This document shows, piece after piece, positions 24,545 through 33,995 of a stretch of DNA of 64,000 nt. Both the position numbers and the translations under genes were made by a program. Each line of letters opens with the position of its first letter. Position 1 is the first letter of the stretch. The notes under the pieces were generated by a model. The model did no database searches and was not told where the DNA came from. It was given only the letters and a program-made list of their open reading frames with translations. The stretch comes from an uncultured delta proteobacterium. GTDB taxonomy: Bacteria > Myxococcota_A > Polyangia > Palsa-1104. The stretch lies in NCBI GenBank assembly GCA_963785725.1, contig CAWAWS010000014.1:192001-256000 (forward strand), given 5' to 3'.

Positions 24545-26755
24545 ATGAATCTGCCGAAGCGATCGTCGCGTTGGTTCGCAGCGCTCTTTTACGTCGGGTT
24601 CGTCGCGATCGGCGGGCGCGCGCAGGCGCAGCCGGCCGACCGCGCGGCCGATGACGCCGCGGCGCGCGCGCTCGTGGCGCAGGCGCGGACGCAAGATCCG
24701 GCGCGGCTACCGGATTGGCGGGCGCGCCTCGGCGCCGGCGGCGCGGCCGAGCGCGCGGCGGCGGCGTTCGCCATCGGGCAGCTCGGCGTCGCCTGGGATC
24801 CGCCGACGGCCGAGACGCGCGCCGCGGCCGAGACGGCGCTGTTGGCGGCGTGGACGAGCGAGCGCGACGCGGCGGTGCGCGATCGCCTCGTCGAAGCGCT
24901 GGGCAAAGTGGGCGGCGCGGCGGCGCTGCCGCGGCTGACGGCGGCGCTCGACGGGCCCGAGCGCATCCGGGCGGCGTTGGCGTTGGCGGCGTTGGCCAAG
25001 AGCGGGCAGCACGTCGCGGCCGCGACGACGGCGCGGCTGCAGGCGCGGCTCGTCGACGGCGATGCGAGCATGCGCTGGGCGGCGGCGCTGGCGCTGTTAC
25101 GGCTGAAGGATCCGAGCACGCGCGCGGCGCTGCACGGCTGTTTGCGCGACGCCGACGCCGTCGTGAGCGCGACGTGCGCCAAAGCGCTCGCCGACGTCGG
25201 TGGCGACGAGGACGCGGCGGCGCTGGCGGCGCTCGTCGGCGCGGCCGATTCGCGGCCGGCGGCGGAGGCGGCGCGCACGCTGGTGAAGCTGGCGATGAAG
25301 TGCTGCGGCGACGCGGCGTGCACGCCGTTGGCGGCGCTGGCGGCGACGCGCGGGCCGTGGGCGCCGCCGGTGATGCAGGCGGTGGCGTTCGAGCATTGGC
25401 AGGATCCGCGGGCGTTGCCGATGTTGCGTCAGCGCTACGAGGAGTATGCGCGGGCGAAGACGATGGAGCCGCGGGCGCGGGCGTTGGCAGGCTGCTTAGC
25501 GGCGCTGGCGCACGATCGTGTGCAGGCGCGGCTGCGCGGCCGGGTCGAGCTGCTGCGCGGCTGTGGCGGTCGGCACGTCGGCGAGCGCGAGCGGCAGGTG
25601 CGGATGGCCGAGGCGCTCGCCGAGTCGGCCGAGCCGGAAGCGCCCGGCGGCAACGGCGCGTCGGCAGCAGGCGCGGCGAACGCGGCGACGGCGACGGCCG
25701 CGACGGGCACGTCGCGCAGCGCGTCTGGATCGGCCGCTGCCGACGCGCGCGCGGCCGAGCTGACGCGGCTGGCGGCGAGCCGCTTTCCGGCGGTGCGCGC
25801 GGCGGCCGCCGCTGGCGCAGACGCGGCGACCACGCGCCGGCTGCTCGGCGATCACGAGGCCGAGGTCGTCGCGGCGGCGGCCGAGCGCGCGCAGACGTTG
25901 AAGCTGACGGCGGCCGAACCGGAGCTGGAGACGGCGCTGACGCGCCTCGATGGACCCGACGCGATCGAGGCGCGACAAGCGATCTTGGCGACCGCAGCGG
26001 AGCTCGGGCTGGCAGCGATCGTTCCGGCGGTGCAGCGGCTCCTCGATGTCGAGCCGTATGGTCTGCGGCTGTCGGTGGCGCAAGCGTTGACGAAACTGAC
26101 GGGCAAGCCCGTGCACGCACGGCTGCCTGCGCTCGATCCGGCCGATGAGGCCGCGGCCGCCGTCAGGCCCGCGCCGGCGCTGGCGAACGTGCGCTCGGAT
26201 CGAGGTGACAAGCCGGGCGCGCCCAGCAGCGCGCCGGCGATCGCGCGGCCCGAGCGAGCTGACCAGACCCCGCCCAACAGCGCACCGGCGAACGCGCGGC
26301 CGGATTTGGCCGACAAGCCGGCGGCCGTCAGCGTGCCGGCGATCGTGCGGCTGCGCACGACGCGCGGAATCATCCGCGTGCAGCTGTGGACCGCCGACGC
26401 GCCGCGCACGACGGCCAACTTCGTCACGCTCGTGCGGCGCCACTTTTACGACGGGCTGCCGTTTCACCGGGTCGTCCCCGACTTCGTGTCGCAGAGCGGC
26501 GACCCGCGCGGCGATGGCTCGGGCGGCCCCGGCTACGCCTTGCGCTGCGAGATCGGCATGCGCCGCTACGAAGAGGGCGTCATCGGCATGGCGTTGGCCG
26601 GTCGCGACACCGGCGGCAGCCAATTCTTCTTCACGCAATCGCCCCAGCCGCATCTCGACGGCCGCTACACCGCGTTCGGCGAGCTCCTCGCCGGCAGCGA
26701 CGTCGTTCGCAGCCTGATCGAGGGTGACGTCATCATCGAGGCCCGCATCGAATGA
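24545..26755 (+). CDS. HEAT-repeat + cyclophilin-type peptidyl-prolyl isomerase
   Basis: C-terminal APRTTANF, FYDGLPFHRVVPDFVSQSGDPRGDGSGGPG, GMALAGRDTGGSQFF, HLDGRYT. Confidence 0.88.
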   Translation: MNLPKRSSRWFAALFYVGFVAIGGRAQAQPADRAADDAAARALVAQARTQDPARLPDWRARLGAGGAAERAAAAFAIGQLGVAWDPPTAETRAAAETALLAAWTSERDAAVRDRLVEALGKVGGAAALPRLTAALDGPERIRAALALAALAKSGQHVAAATTARLQARLVDGDASMRWAAALALLRLKDPSTRAALHGCLRDADAVVSATCAKALADVGGDEDAAALAALVGAADSRPAAEAARTLVKLAMKCCGDAACTPLAALAATRGPWAPPVMQAVAFEHWQDPRALPMLRQRYEEYARAKTMEPRARALAGCLAALAHDRVQARLRGRVELLRGCGGRHVGERERQVRMAEALAESAEPEAPGGNGASAAGAANAATATAATGTSRSASGSAAADARAAELTRLAASRFPAVRAAAAAGADAATTRRLLGDHEAEVVAAAAERAQTLKLTAAEPELETALTRLDGPDAIEARQAILATAAELGLAAIVPAVQRLLDVEPYGLRLSVAQALTKLTGKPVHARLPALDPADEAAAAVRPAPALANVRSDRGDKPGAPSSAPAIARPERADQTPPNSAPANARPDLADKPAAVSVPAIVRLRTTRGIIRVQLWTADAPRTTANFVTLVRRHFYDGLPFHRVVPDFVSQSGDPRGDGSGGPGYALRCEIGMRRYEEGVIGMALAGRDTGGSQFFFTQSPQPHLDGRYTAFGELLAGSDVVRSLIEGDVIIEARIE

Positions 26756-26764
26756 TCGGCCGTC

Positions 26765-26947
26765 TCCGCTGCGGCGGATGTTTCCGTTGCAACGGACGCG
26801 ATCGATCTTCATCCGCTGAAACGGAGACGCCGATTATTGGCCGCCGAACGGCCATCGTTGGTCGCGCCAGCGACGAAGCCGAGCGTCCGTCTCAACGGAT
26901 GCGCCAGCGGTTTCGTCGAACGGGGCGGATCGTTCCGTTATTACGGA
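26765..26947. repeat. Cluster of five 14-bp palindromes TCCGY-N4-RCGGA
   Basis: Copies at 26765, 26783, 26812, 26886, 26934. Confidence 0.75.
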
Positions 26948-27198
26948 TGTCGCGCGGCGGCCGGCGTTGGTGGCTGGGCGGAGTCGGCCTCGGCGTTCCG
27001 GGCGCCATGCAGTAATAGGCCGCAGAAGGCGAGCATTGTCATCGCCGCAGCCGCCGTCATCCACAAGAGCGTCGCCGGCGGCTGCGCGATGGCGCTGCGT
27101 AACGCGGACAAGGCCGCCGCGTCTTCGTCGCGTTCATTCCAGACGGCCGTGGGGTCCAGTCGTGCCATGCGCGTCGCCCAAAGCAGCCGCCGTGCCAT
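26941..27198 (-). CDS. Small hypothetical membrane protein
   Basis: ORF with one hydrophobic segment LLWMTAAAAMTMLAFCGLLL; no recognised motif. Confidence 0.35.
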   Translation of the reverse strand: MARRLLWATRMARLDPTAVWNERDEDAAALSALRSAIAQPPATLLWMTAAAAMTMLAFCGLLLHGARNAEADSAQPPTPAAARHP

Positions 27199-27349
27199 GA
27201 GCGGACAGCGCGCAAAATGGCCAGAGCTGGGGGGCAATTGCCGGCGCACGCGCTCGCCGCTCTCCGGAAATCGGAGACTCGGTCTCTTGATTCGCGCGTC
27301 TACAGGCCCCATCCTGCGGGCGCGTCACTTGCAGCTGCTGGCACCCAAG

Positions 27350-27574
27350 ATGCGTGAGAACACCCGGCCCCTCGACAACTTCAAGATCCTCGCCGAAGGG
27401 TTGACGCACGCCACGGGCGCGAATTTTGCCGAGGCGGTTCAGACGCTGCGTTGGGTGCAGGCGTATGTTCGTCGCTGCGTGGAAGCGGGAATGGACAACG
27501 ACCTCCTGATCGCGATGGAGCGTTCGGGGCTGGGTGATCTGGCCGAGGCGCTGCTCGAGGTCGCGCGCCGCTGA
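27350..27574 (+). CDS. Small hypothetical protein
   Basis: 74-aa protein-like helical composition; stop overlaps start of the acyl-CoA synthetase (TGATG). Confidence 0.45.
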   Translation: MRENTRPLDNFKILAEGLTHATGANFAEAVQTLRWVQAYVRRCVEAGMDNDLLIAMERSGLGDLAEALLEVARR

Positions 27575-29166
27575 TGGTGGGTGCGCTGCTGGCGACGGCC
27601 GCAGCACGCTGGGGCGAGCGCGTCTTCGTCGTCGCCGACGACGGGCGCGCGTGGACGTTCGCGGCGATGTACGACTGGGCGCGCGGCGGCGCGTTGGCGC
27701 TGCGGGCGCGCGGCGTCGCGCCGGGCGATCGCGTGGCGCTGATGGCGCGCAATTCGGCGGAGTTCGTCGCGGCCTGGTTCGGCTGCGCGCTGGCGGGCGC
27801 GACGGTGGTGCCGATTCCGACGGTGTCAGCGCCGCCGGAGGTCGCGCATCGGCTGGCGCACGCGCGCTGCCGGCTGGCGATCGTCGACGACGATTTTGCG
27901 TCGCTGGCGCGCGCCGGCGGTGTCGCCGTGCTGGCGACGGGCGCGTGGCCGCCGGCGGCCGTCGCGATCGCGGCCGCGGCCGCGGATCGACCGAACGCGG
28001 CGAGCCGGCACGAGGCCGCGGACACGGAGTTACCGGACGAGGCCGCGGACACGGAGTTACCGGACGAGGCCGCGGACGCAGAGTTACCGGACGAGGCCGC
28101 GGACGCGGAGTTACCGGACGTCGACGCGGCGGCCGCAGGCCTCATCCTCTATACGTCGGGCACGACTGGCGTCGCCAAGGCCGCCGCCTTCTCGCACGCG
28201 TCGCTCGCTGCCCACGCGTGCAACGTCGCGGCGACGGTCGGGCTCGACGCGACCGACGTCATCCTCGGCGCGCTGCCGCTGACGCACTCTTTCGGCTGCC
28301 GCATGGTCCTGTTGCTGGCGACGGTGACGGGCGCGCGCATCGAGCTCCTCAGCCGATTCGACGGTCCGCGCGCGCTCGCCCGTCTCGCCGCCGCCGGCGT
28401 GACCTTCTGGCCGGCCGTGCCGACGATGCTCGCCGCCGTCAGTGCTGTCGCCGGCCCGGAGCTGCGGTCGCTGCGCTGGATCTTGTCGGCGGGCGCGCCG
28501 CTGCCCGACGCGCTCTGCCGTCGTGCCGAAGCCCGCCTCGGCTGCGCCGTCCGTCAAGGTTACGGCCTGACCGAAGCGTCGTTTTCGACGATCGACGCGC
28601 CTCCGGCCGCGCGCGTCGTCGGCTCGGTCGGGCGGCCGGTCGCCGGCGTCGAGCTGCGCCTCGGCAGCGACGGCGAAGTGCAGGTGCGCGGGCCGCACGT
28701 CATGCTCGGCTATGTCGACGACCCGGACGCGACGGCCGCGGCGCTCGGCGACGGCTGGCTGCGCACCGGCGACGTCGGCCGCATCGACGACGACGGCCGC
28801 TTGACCATCGTCGACCGCGCCAAGGATCTGATCATTCGCGGCGGCAATAACGTCTATCCGTCGGAAGTCGAAGCGGCGCTGGCGGCGCACACCGCGGTCG
28901 CCGAGGTCGCGGTCGTCGGCCGCCCGGACGAATATTACGGCGAGGAGGTGGTGGCGGTCGTCGTGCGGCGCGCAGGCGCGACCGTCGACGCCGAGGCGTT
29001 GTCGGTGTTCGCGCGCGAGCGCGTGGCGGCGACGAAGGTGCCGCGCGAGTATGCGTTCGTCGCCGCCATGCCGCTCGGCCCATCGGCCAAGATCCTCAAG
29101 CGCGAGCTGCGACGCCGACTCAGCGCCGGCGAGCTGCCGACGACGAAGCCGACGCGCGGCGGCTGA
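27574..29166 (+). CDS. AMP-binding acyl-CoA synthetase
   Basis: LYTSGTTG, QGYGLTE, WLRTGD, DRAKDLIIRGG.NVYPSEVE, SAKILK. Confidence 0.92.
   Translation: MVGALLATAAARWGERVFVVADDGRAWTFAAMYDWARGGALALRARGVAPGDRVALMARNSAEFVAAWFGCALAGATVVPIPTVSAPPEVAHRLAHARCRLAIVDDDFASLARAGGVAVLATGAWPPAAVAIAAAAADRPNAASRHEAADTELPDEAADTELPDEAADAELPDEAADAELPDVDAAAAGLILYTSGTTGVAKAAAFSHASLAAHACNVAATVGLDATDVILGALPLTHSFGCRMVLLLATVTGARIELLSRFDGPRALARLAAAGVTFWPAVPTMLAAVSAVAGPELRSLRWILSAGAPLPDALCRRAEARLGCAVRQGYGLTEASFSTIDAPPAARVVGSVGRPVAGVELRLGSDGEVQVRGPHVMLGYVDDPDATAAALGDGWLRTGDVGRIDDDGRLTIVDRAKDLIIRGGNNVYPSEVEAALAAHTAVAEVAVVGRPDEYYGEEVVAVVVRRAGATVDAEALSVFARERVAATKVPREYAFVAAMPLGPSAKILKRELRRRLSAGELPTTKPTRGG
28012..28119 (+). 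repeat. In-frame 27-bp tandem repeat x4 (EAAD[T/A]ELPD)
   Basis: GAGGCCGCGGACRCRGAGTTACCGGAC repeated four times. Confidence 0.95.
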
Positions 29167-29529
29167 GATCGCGCGCGGCACCGCCGACCGAGCGGCGTGC
29201 TTCGTCGTCGCCGGGCGCGCCGATACACCGTCGCCGAGCGGGAGAACGCCTGTCGCGTCAGCTCGTCTTGGGGGCGAACGTCGGCGCTGCGAGACCTAGC
29301 CCGCGATAAGCCTTCGGCGCCGTTGCGCGCTCGACCGATGGCCGGCGCGACGGAGCTCGGGCGCGCGCGCCCACCGGGCGCCCGCCGCGCCCGAGCCAGC
29401 CGGCAACATCCCGCGCCGCCGCCCGCCGCACCCGAGCCAGTCGCGACAGCCCACGCAGTTGGCGCGCCGGCGCCGTCGGGCCCGCCACCCGGCGTGGCAA
29501 GCGCGCCCGCGCCGCGGTACGCTTGCGCC

Positions 29530-30558
29530 GTGCCCACCCGCCACCTGCTCGTCGGCAACCCCACCGCGCAAAGCGGCAAGAACGCCGCCCGCATCACCGA
29601 AGCGCGCCGCCTGCTCGACCTCGCCGGCCTGCCGCACGCCTTCGTCGCCACCGCGCCCGCCGGCGGCACCGTTCGCCTCGTCGCCGACGCGCTCGCCGCC
29701 GATCCGGCGCTCGACGTCGCCGTCTACATGGGCGGCGACGGCACCTTCGCCGAGGTCGCCAAGGCCATCCTCGCGTCCGGCCGCGCCGCCGACGTCCGCC
29801 TCGGCATGCTCCCGACCGGCACCGCCAACGACCAAGGCAAGAGCTTCGGTCTCGACGCCGGCGACACCGATCTCGAACGCAACGTGCGCGTCCTCGCCGC
29901 CGGTCACGAAGCGCGCCTCGACGCCGGCCGCATCCGCGCCTACGACCACGCCGGCGCCACCCTCCGCGACGACTGGTTCTTCGACTCCGCCGGCTGGGGC
30001 ATCAGCCCGCGCGTCCTCGCCCTGCGCAACGAAGATCGCAAAGCCATCGCCGACATTCCGCTCGTGCGCGACGTCTGGCGCGACCAGCTCGTCTACGCGG
30101 GCGCGCTCTTGCGCACCTTCCTCGCCAGCTACGTCGACGACGGCAAGTTCGACGTCCGAGTCACCGCGGACGGCGTCACGCAGGAGTGGCGCGGCCTCAC
30201 CGATCTCGTCGTCAAAGGCACGCGCATTTACGGCGGCTTGTGGGTCTTCGACGCCGCGGCGCGCCCCGACGACGGCAAATTCGAGGTCGTCCCCTTCGTC
30301 GGCAAGCGCGACTGGGTGTCGAAGGCGATCGTCCACCTCGACGGCAGCGGCGTGGCGGCCGAAGCCTTGGCGGCCGTCGGTGTTCGTCAGTCGGCGAATT
30401 TGTCGGCGGCGACCATCGAGCTCGAGATCGACGAGCAGCCCGGCCAGCTCGTGCACGCGCAGATCGACGGCGAGGAATTCCCGTCGGCGGCGCGCATTCG
30501 CATCGATGTGTCGGCGTGCGCGCTGCGCCTCATCGTGCCCGCCGAAACGCCCGCCTGA
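29530..30558 (+). CDS. Diacylglycerol kinase family lipid kinase (YegS/DgkB-like)
   Basis: NPTAQSG, MGGDGTFAEV, LPTGTAND, PDDGKFEV, QIDGE. Confidence 0.9.
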   Translation: MPTRHLLVGNPTAQSGKNAARITEARRLLDLAGLPHAFVATAPAGGTVRLVADALAADPALDVAVYMGGDGTFAEVAKAILASGRAADVRLGMLPTGTANDQGKSFGLDAGDTDLERNVRVLAAGHEARLDAGRIRAYDHAGATLRDDWFFDSAGWGISPRVLALRNEDRKAIADIPLVRDVWRDQLVYAGALLRTFLASYVDDGKFDVRVTADGVTQEWRGLTDLVVKGTRIYGGLWVFDAAARPDDGKFEVVPFVGKRDWVSKAIVHLDGSGVAAEALAAVGVRQSANLSAATIELEIDEQPGQLVHAQIDGEEFPSAARIRIDVSACALRLIVPAETPA

Positions 30559-30668
30559 CCGGCTGCCGATTCGTCACGCCCGCCGGCCCGCTGCTCGTGC
30601 GCGCTCGCCCGTCGCCTTCGCCGGCGCGCCTGCGACGCGTTCGACGTGACGACGCCGATGCTTGCGCG

Positions 30669-31586
30669 TCAGACCCAGACGGCGCGCGGAATGTGCCGCC
30701 ACGCGTCCGCCGTCAGCGAAGGCACGAGCGGCGCCAGCATCGGCAGCGAATCGGGCCGCGCCACGCGCTCGCCCGCCAGCGTGAACGGCCACGGCTGCGC
30801 CCACAGCCGCACCTCGCCGAGCCCGAGCGCCGCCGCCGTTCGCCGCGCGGCCTGCACGAGCGCGTTCGCCTCGTCGCCGCGCGTCGTCGCCAGCAGCGTC
30901 ACCTTCAAGTTGCCCGTCTTCCAGTCGACCATCCAGCGGATCTGCCCGTTGCCGGCGCGCGCGCCCACGAACGGCAGCGACGGCCGCGTCAACAGCGCGC
31001 CGTACGTGCGCGTCCGCTCGACATGCCAATCGAGCTGCGCCGTCGTCGGCCACACGATGAAGTCTTCGTCGACCGGCGGCTCCGGCGCGTACGCCAGCGA
31101 ATCGGCATCGGCGATGAGCGCGTCGACTCCGTCGTCGATGGCGCCGGTCGCGGGCGTGAACAGCAGATCCTCGGCCGGCCGCGCGTCATAGCCGCTGCGC
31201 GCGTATTGTCGCTCGCCCACGTCGCTGTACAAGATCGACGCGACCACCCCTTCGGCGCGCGCCCGCTCGAGCAGCCGATCGATCATCGCCGTCGCATGGC
31301 CGCGCCCGCGCAGCGCCGCCTCGGTGAAGACGCTGGCCACGCCCCACACGTCGCCGCGCACGCCGCGCCGCCAGCCGTCCATGCGATAGGTCTCGCACGA
31401 CGCCAACAGCGCCTCGTCGTCGGCGAGCCAAAACCAGGTCTGCATCGCTTGTCGCGCCCACACCTGCCGGCGCAGCCGCTCTTCGCGCGCCACGTAGCCG
31501 TCGACGCTGAGCTGCGCGCCCCACGCGTCGTGCGCTTGGCGATCGCGCGCGCGCTTCTCGGCTTCGTCGGCGAGCCGCAGCTTCAT
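30669..31586 (-). CDS. GNAT N-acetyltransferase
   Basis: VASVFTEAALRGRGHA acetyl-CoA motif, SILYSDVG..Y. Confidence 0.8.
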   Translation of the reverse strand: MKLRLADEAEKRARDRQAHDAWGAQLSVDGYVAREERLRRQVWARQAMQTWFWLADDEALLASCETYRMDGWRRGVRGDVWGVASVFTEAALRGRGHATAMIDRLLERARAEGVVASILYSDVGERQYARSGYDARPAEDLLFTPATGAIDDGVDALIADADSLAYAPEPPVDEDFIVWPTTAQLDWHVERTRTYGALLTRPSLPFVGARAGNGQIRWMVDWKTGNLKVTLLATTRGDEANALVQAARRTAAALGLGEVRLWAQPWPFTLAGERVARPDSLPMLAPLVPSLTADAWRHIPRAVWV

Positions 31587-31633
31587 GCGCGCCAACGTAA
31601 CATCAGGCCCGCGACGCGGGTAGCGCCGCCGGC

Positions 31634-32119
31634 TTACTCGCCCTCGGGCGGCAGCGGCTGGTTCGGATGCATCGCCCGCCACGTCTGCTCGCGGACCTCT
31701 TTCTGCAGCTTGGGCGCCAGCACGAGCCCCTTGGCGAACTGCACCGCCGTCAACACGTGCCGCAGCTCCTCGGTCCGCTGCGCCTCCAGCTGCTGCACCT
31801 TGGCCTTGTTGCGCACGAGCGTATCGGCCAGCTGCGCCAACAGCGCCTCGTTCGGCGCCGGCGACGCCAGCTGCGCCTTGAGCTCCTTCATCGCCATGCC
31901 CTGCTCTTTGCGAATGCCCCACAGCTGCGGATCGTAGCGACTCCAAATCTCGCGAAAATGCGCCGTCTGCGTGGGATCGAGCGCCATCTGCTGCGCCGTC
32001 TGCTGCACGACGTAGTCGCTGATGTCCTGGCGCACGCGCGCCCGCTTTTGCGCCAGCGGCTGCGCGCCGGCCAGCGCCGGCACGACCAGCAGCAGCGTCG
32101 TCAACATCGCCCACTTCAT
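31634..32119 (-). CDS. Periplasmic Spy/CpxP-like helical protein
   Basis: Signal peptide, LDPTQ and VLTAVQ (LTxxQ-like) motifs. Confidence 0.7.
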   Translation of the reverse strand: MKWAMLTTLLLVVPALAGAQPLAQKRARVRQDISDYVVQQTAQQMALDPTQTAHFREIWSRYDPQLWGIRKEQGMAMKELKAQLASPAPNEALLAQLADTLVRNKAKVQQLEAQRTEELRHVLTAVQFAKGLVLAPKLQKEVREQTWRAMHPNQPLPPEGE

Positions 32120-32120
32120 G

Positions 32121-32504
32121 TCAGGCTCCTCCCTTCTTGAACGCCGAGTCGAGCTGCTCGAGCTGCGCGTCGCTCATCTCTTCCAGCTCGTCGCCGTCGA
32201 GCTCGTCGCCGAAGACGGTCATTTCGTCGATCTGCTCGCTCGCTTGCGGCGCCTTGACGACATGATGCGGCGGCCGCAGCCAGAACGTCAACGCCGCCGC
32301 CAACGCCAGCGCGCTCGTCGTCGCCGCGAACAGGCGCGTGCGCAGGCGCCGCCGCCGCCGCGCCAGCTGCTCGCGCGCGTAGCCGTCGCGGACGTTGGCC
32401 GCCATCGCCGTCCACAGCTCGGCCGGCGGCTCGGGCCAATCGTCTTCCAGCCGCAGCAGCTCGACCAAAAGTCGCGCATCGCCCTGGTCGCGGATGTCGC
32501 TCAT
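32121..32504 (-). CDS. Putative membrane anti-sigma factor
   Basis: Single TM after an Arg cluster; ATGA overlap with ECF sigma stop. Confidence 0.65.
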   Translation of the reverse strand: MSDIRDQGDARLLVELLRLEDDWPEPPAELWTAMAANVRDGYAREQLARRRRRLRTRLFAATTSALALAAALTFWLRPPHHVVKAPQASEQIDEMTVFGDELDGDELEEMSDAQLEQLDSAFKKGGA

Positions 32505-33100
32505 GATTCGTCCTCGTTCATGCGCTGGCGTAGCCGCTTGAGCGCGTAATGATAATTGACCCGCGCCGACTCCTCGCTGCACCCGGCCACTTCCGCGACC
32601 TCGGAGAACGGCAGCTCTTCGTAGACGCGCAGCTCGACCACCAGCCGCTGCTGTGGCGGGAGCGACGCCACCGCCGCGCGCAGCTGCTGCTGCCGCTCGC
32701 CGGCGACGAGCGGGTCGACTGCGGGCGCTGCCGGCGCGACCAGCGTGTCCTCGGCGAGCGGCGCTTGCGGCTTGCGATCGCGCAGCACGTTCAAGGCCAG
32801 ATTAGCCGCCGTCTTGTAGATCCAAAAGCGGAACGAACGCTGGTCGCGCAAAGCCCCCAGCTGCGTAAACGCTTGCACCAGCGCGCGTTGCGCCACGTCC
32901 TGGGCGTCGGCGTCGTTGCCGACGTAGCGGCGGGCGAGGAAATAGAGGGCGCGCTGGTGACGCTTGACCAACATGTCGAAGGCCGCCGCGTCGCCGCCGC
33001 GAAAGCGCGCCACGAGCTCGTCGTCGCCCGGCTCGGGAACGCCGGGCGCGGCCGGCGGCTTGGGCGGCTCGGGCGAGATGATGGGCGTGCGCGCGGTCAC
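32501..33100 (-). CDS. ECF RNA polymerase sigma factor
   Basis: DAQDVAQ, SFRFWIYKTA.N, LPPQQRLVVELR..ELPFSEVAE. Confidence 0.9.
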   Translation of the reverse strand: MTARTPIISPEPPKPPAAPGVPEPGDDELVARFRGGDAAAFDMLVKRHQRALYFLARRYVGNDADAQDVAQRALVQAFTQLGALRDQRSFRFWIYKTAANLALNVLRDRKPQAPLAEDTLVAPAAPAVDPLVAGERQQQLRAAVASLPPQQRLVVELRVYEELPFSEVAEVAGCSEESARVNYHYALKRLRQRMNEDES

Positions 33101-33156
33101 CACCTCTCCCAAGACACGCTGGCGCGAGCGACGTTAAATCGGGCTAGGATGCGCGC

Positions 33157-33993
33157 ATGCCCGCAAACGCCGCGATTCTCAAGGACATCCCACTGTTCGC
33201 GCCCATGGACGACATCGAGCGGGCGGCGCTCGCGTCCTACCTCGACGAGATCACCTTCAAGGCCGGCCAGCAGATGTTTCACGAGCGCGATCAAGGCGGC
33301 ATCTGCTACGTGCTGCGTTCGGGGCGGGTCGAGCTCAGCGTCATCGACGAGAGCGGCGAGCGCCTCATCCTCGACGTGCTCGAGCCCGGCGAATTGTGCG
33401 GCGAGCTCTCGCTGCTCGACGGCGGCAACCGCTCGGCGACGGCCGTCGCGCTCACCGACGTCGAGGCGCTGGTGCTCGAGCGCGCCGAGTTCATCGACTT
33501 TTTGCAGCATCAGCGCGACGCCGCGCTCGACGTCATGGCGGCGCTGGCCAAGCGCATCCGCCGCTCCGACAAGCTGCTCAAACAGCGCGTCCAAGATCCC
33601 AACGAGCTCATCGAAGTGCACGCGACCCTAGGCGATCGCGTGGCCGATATCGTGGCAGCGTTTGGCGGCTCGTGGCGCTTCATCTTCATGTTCGGCGCCT
33701 TCATGGCCGGCTGGATGCTGCTCAACGCGACGAAGATGAAATGGGACGTCTATCCCTACATCCTGCTGAATTTGATCTTGTCGTCGCTGGCCGCGCTGCA
33801 GGCGCCGGTGATCATGATGAGCCAGAATCGGCAGGACGCCAAAGATCGCGTGCGCTCCGAGGCCGATTATCGCGTCAATGTGCGCGCGATGGTCGATATC
33901 GCCGAGCTGCACGAGAAGCTCGATCGCTTGCGCGGCGAGCTGAAGTTGGCGCGCGACGGCAAGTCCGCCGCGACGTCCGATCTGAGCGGCTGA
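33157..33993 (+). CDS. Cyclic-nucleotide-binding + DUF1003 membrane protein
   Basis: GELSLLDGGNRSATA; GDRVAD.VAAFGGSW, DVYPYILLNL, QAPVIMMSQNRQ. Confidence 0.9.
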   Translation: MPANAAILKDIPLFAPMDDIERAALASYLDEITFKAGQQMFHERDQGGICYVLRSGRVELSVIDESGERLILDVLEPGELCGELSLLDGGNRSATAVALTDVEALVLERAEFIDFLQHQRDAALDVMAALAKRIRRSDKLLKQRVQDPNELIEVHATLGDRVADIVAAFGGSWRFIFMFGAFMAGWMLLNATKMKWDVYPYILLNLILSSLAALQAPVIMMSQNRQDAKDRVRSEADYRVNVRAMVDIAELHEKLDRLRGELKLARDGKSAATSDLSG

Positions 33994-33995
33994 GG

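Noticed and set aside
28012..28119. Possible CRISPR array
   Set aside because: Spacerless in-frame coding tandem repeat.
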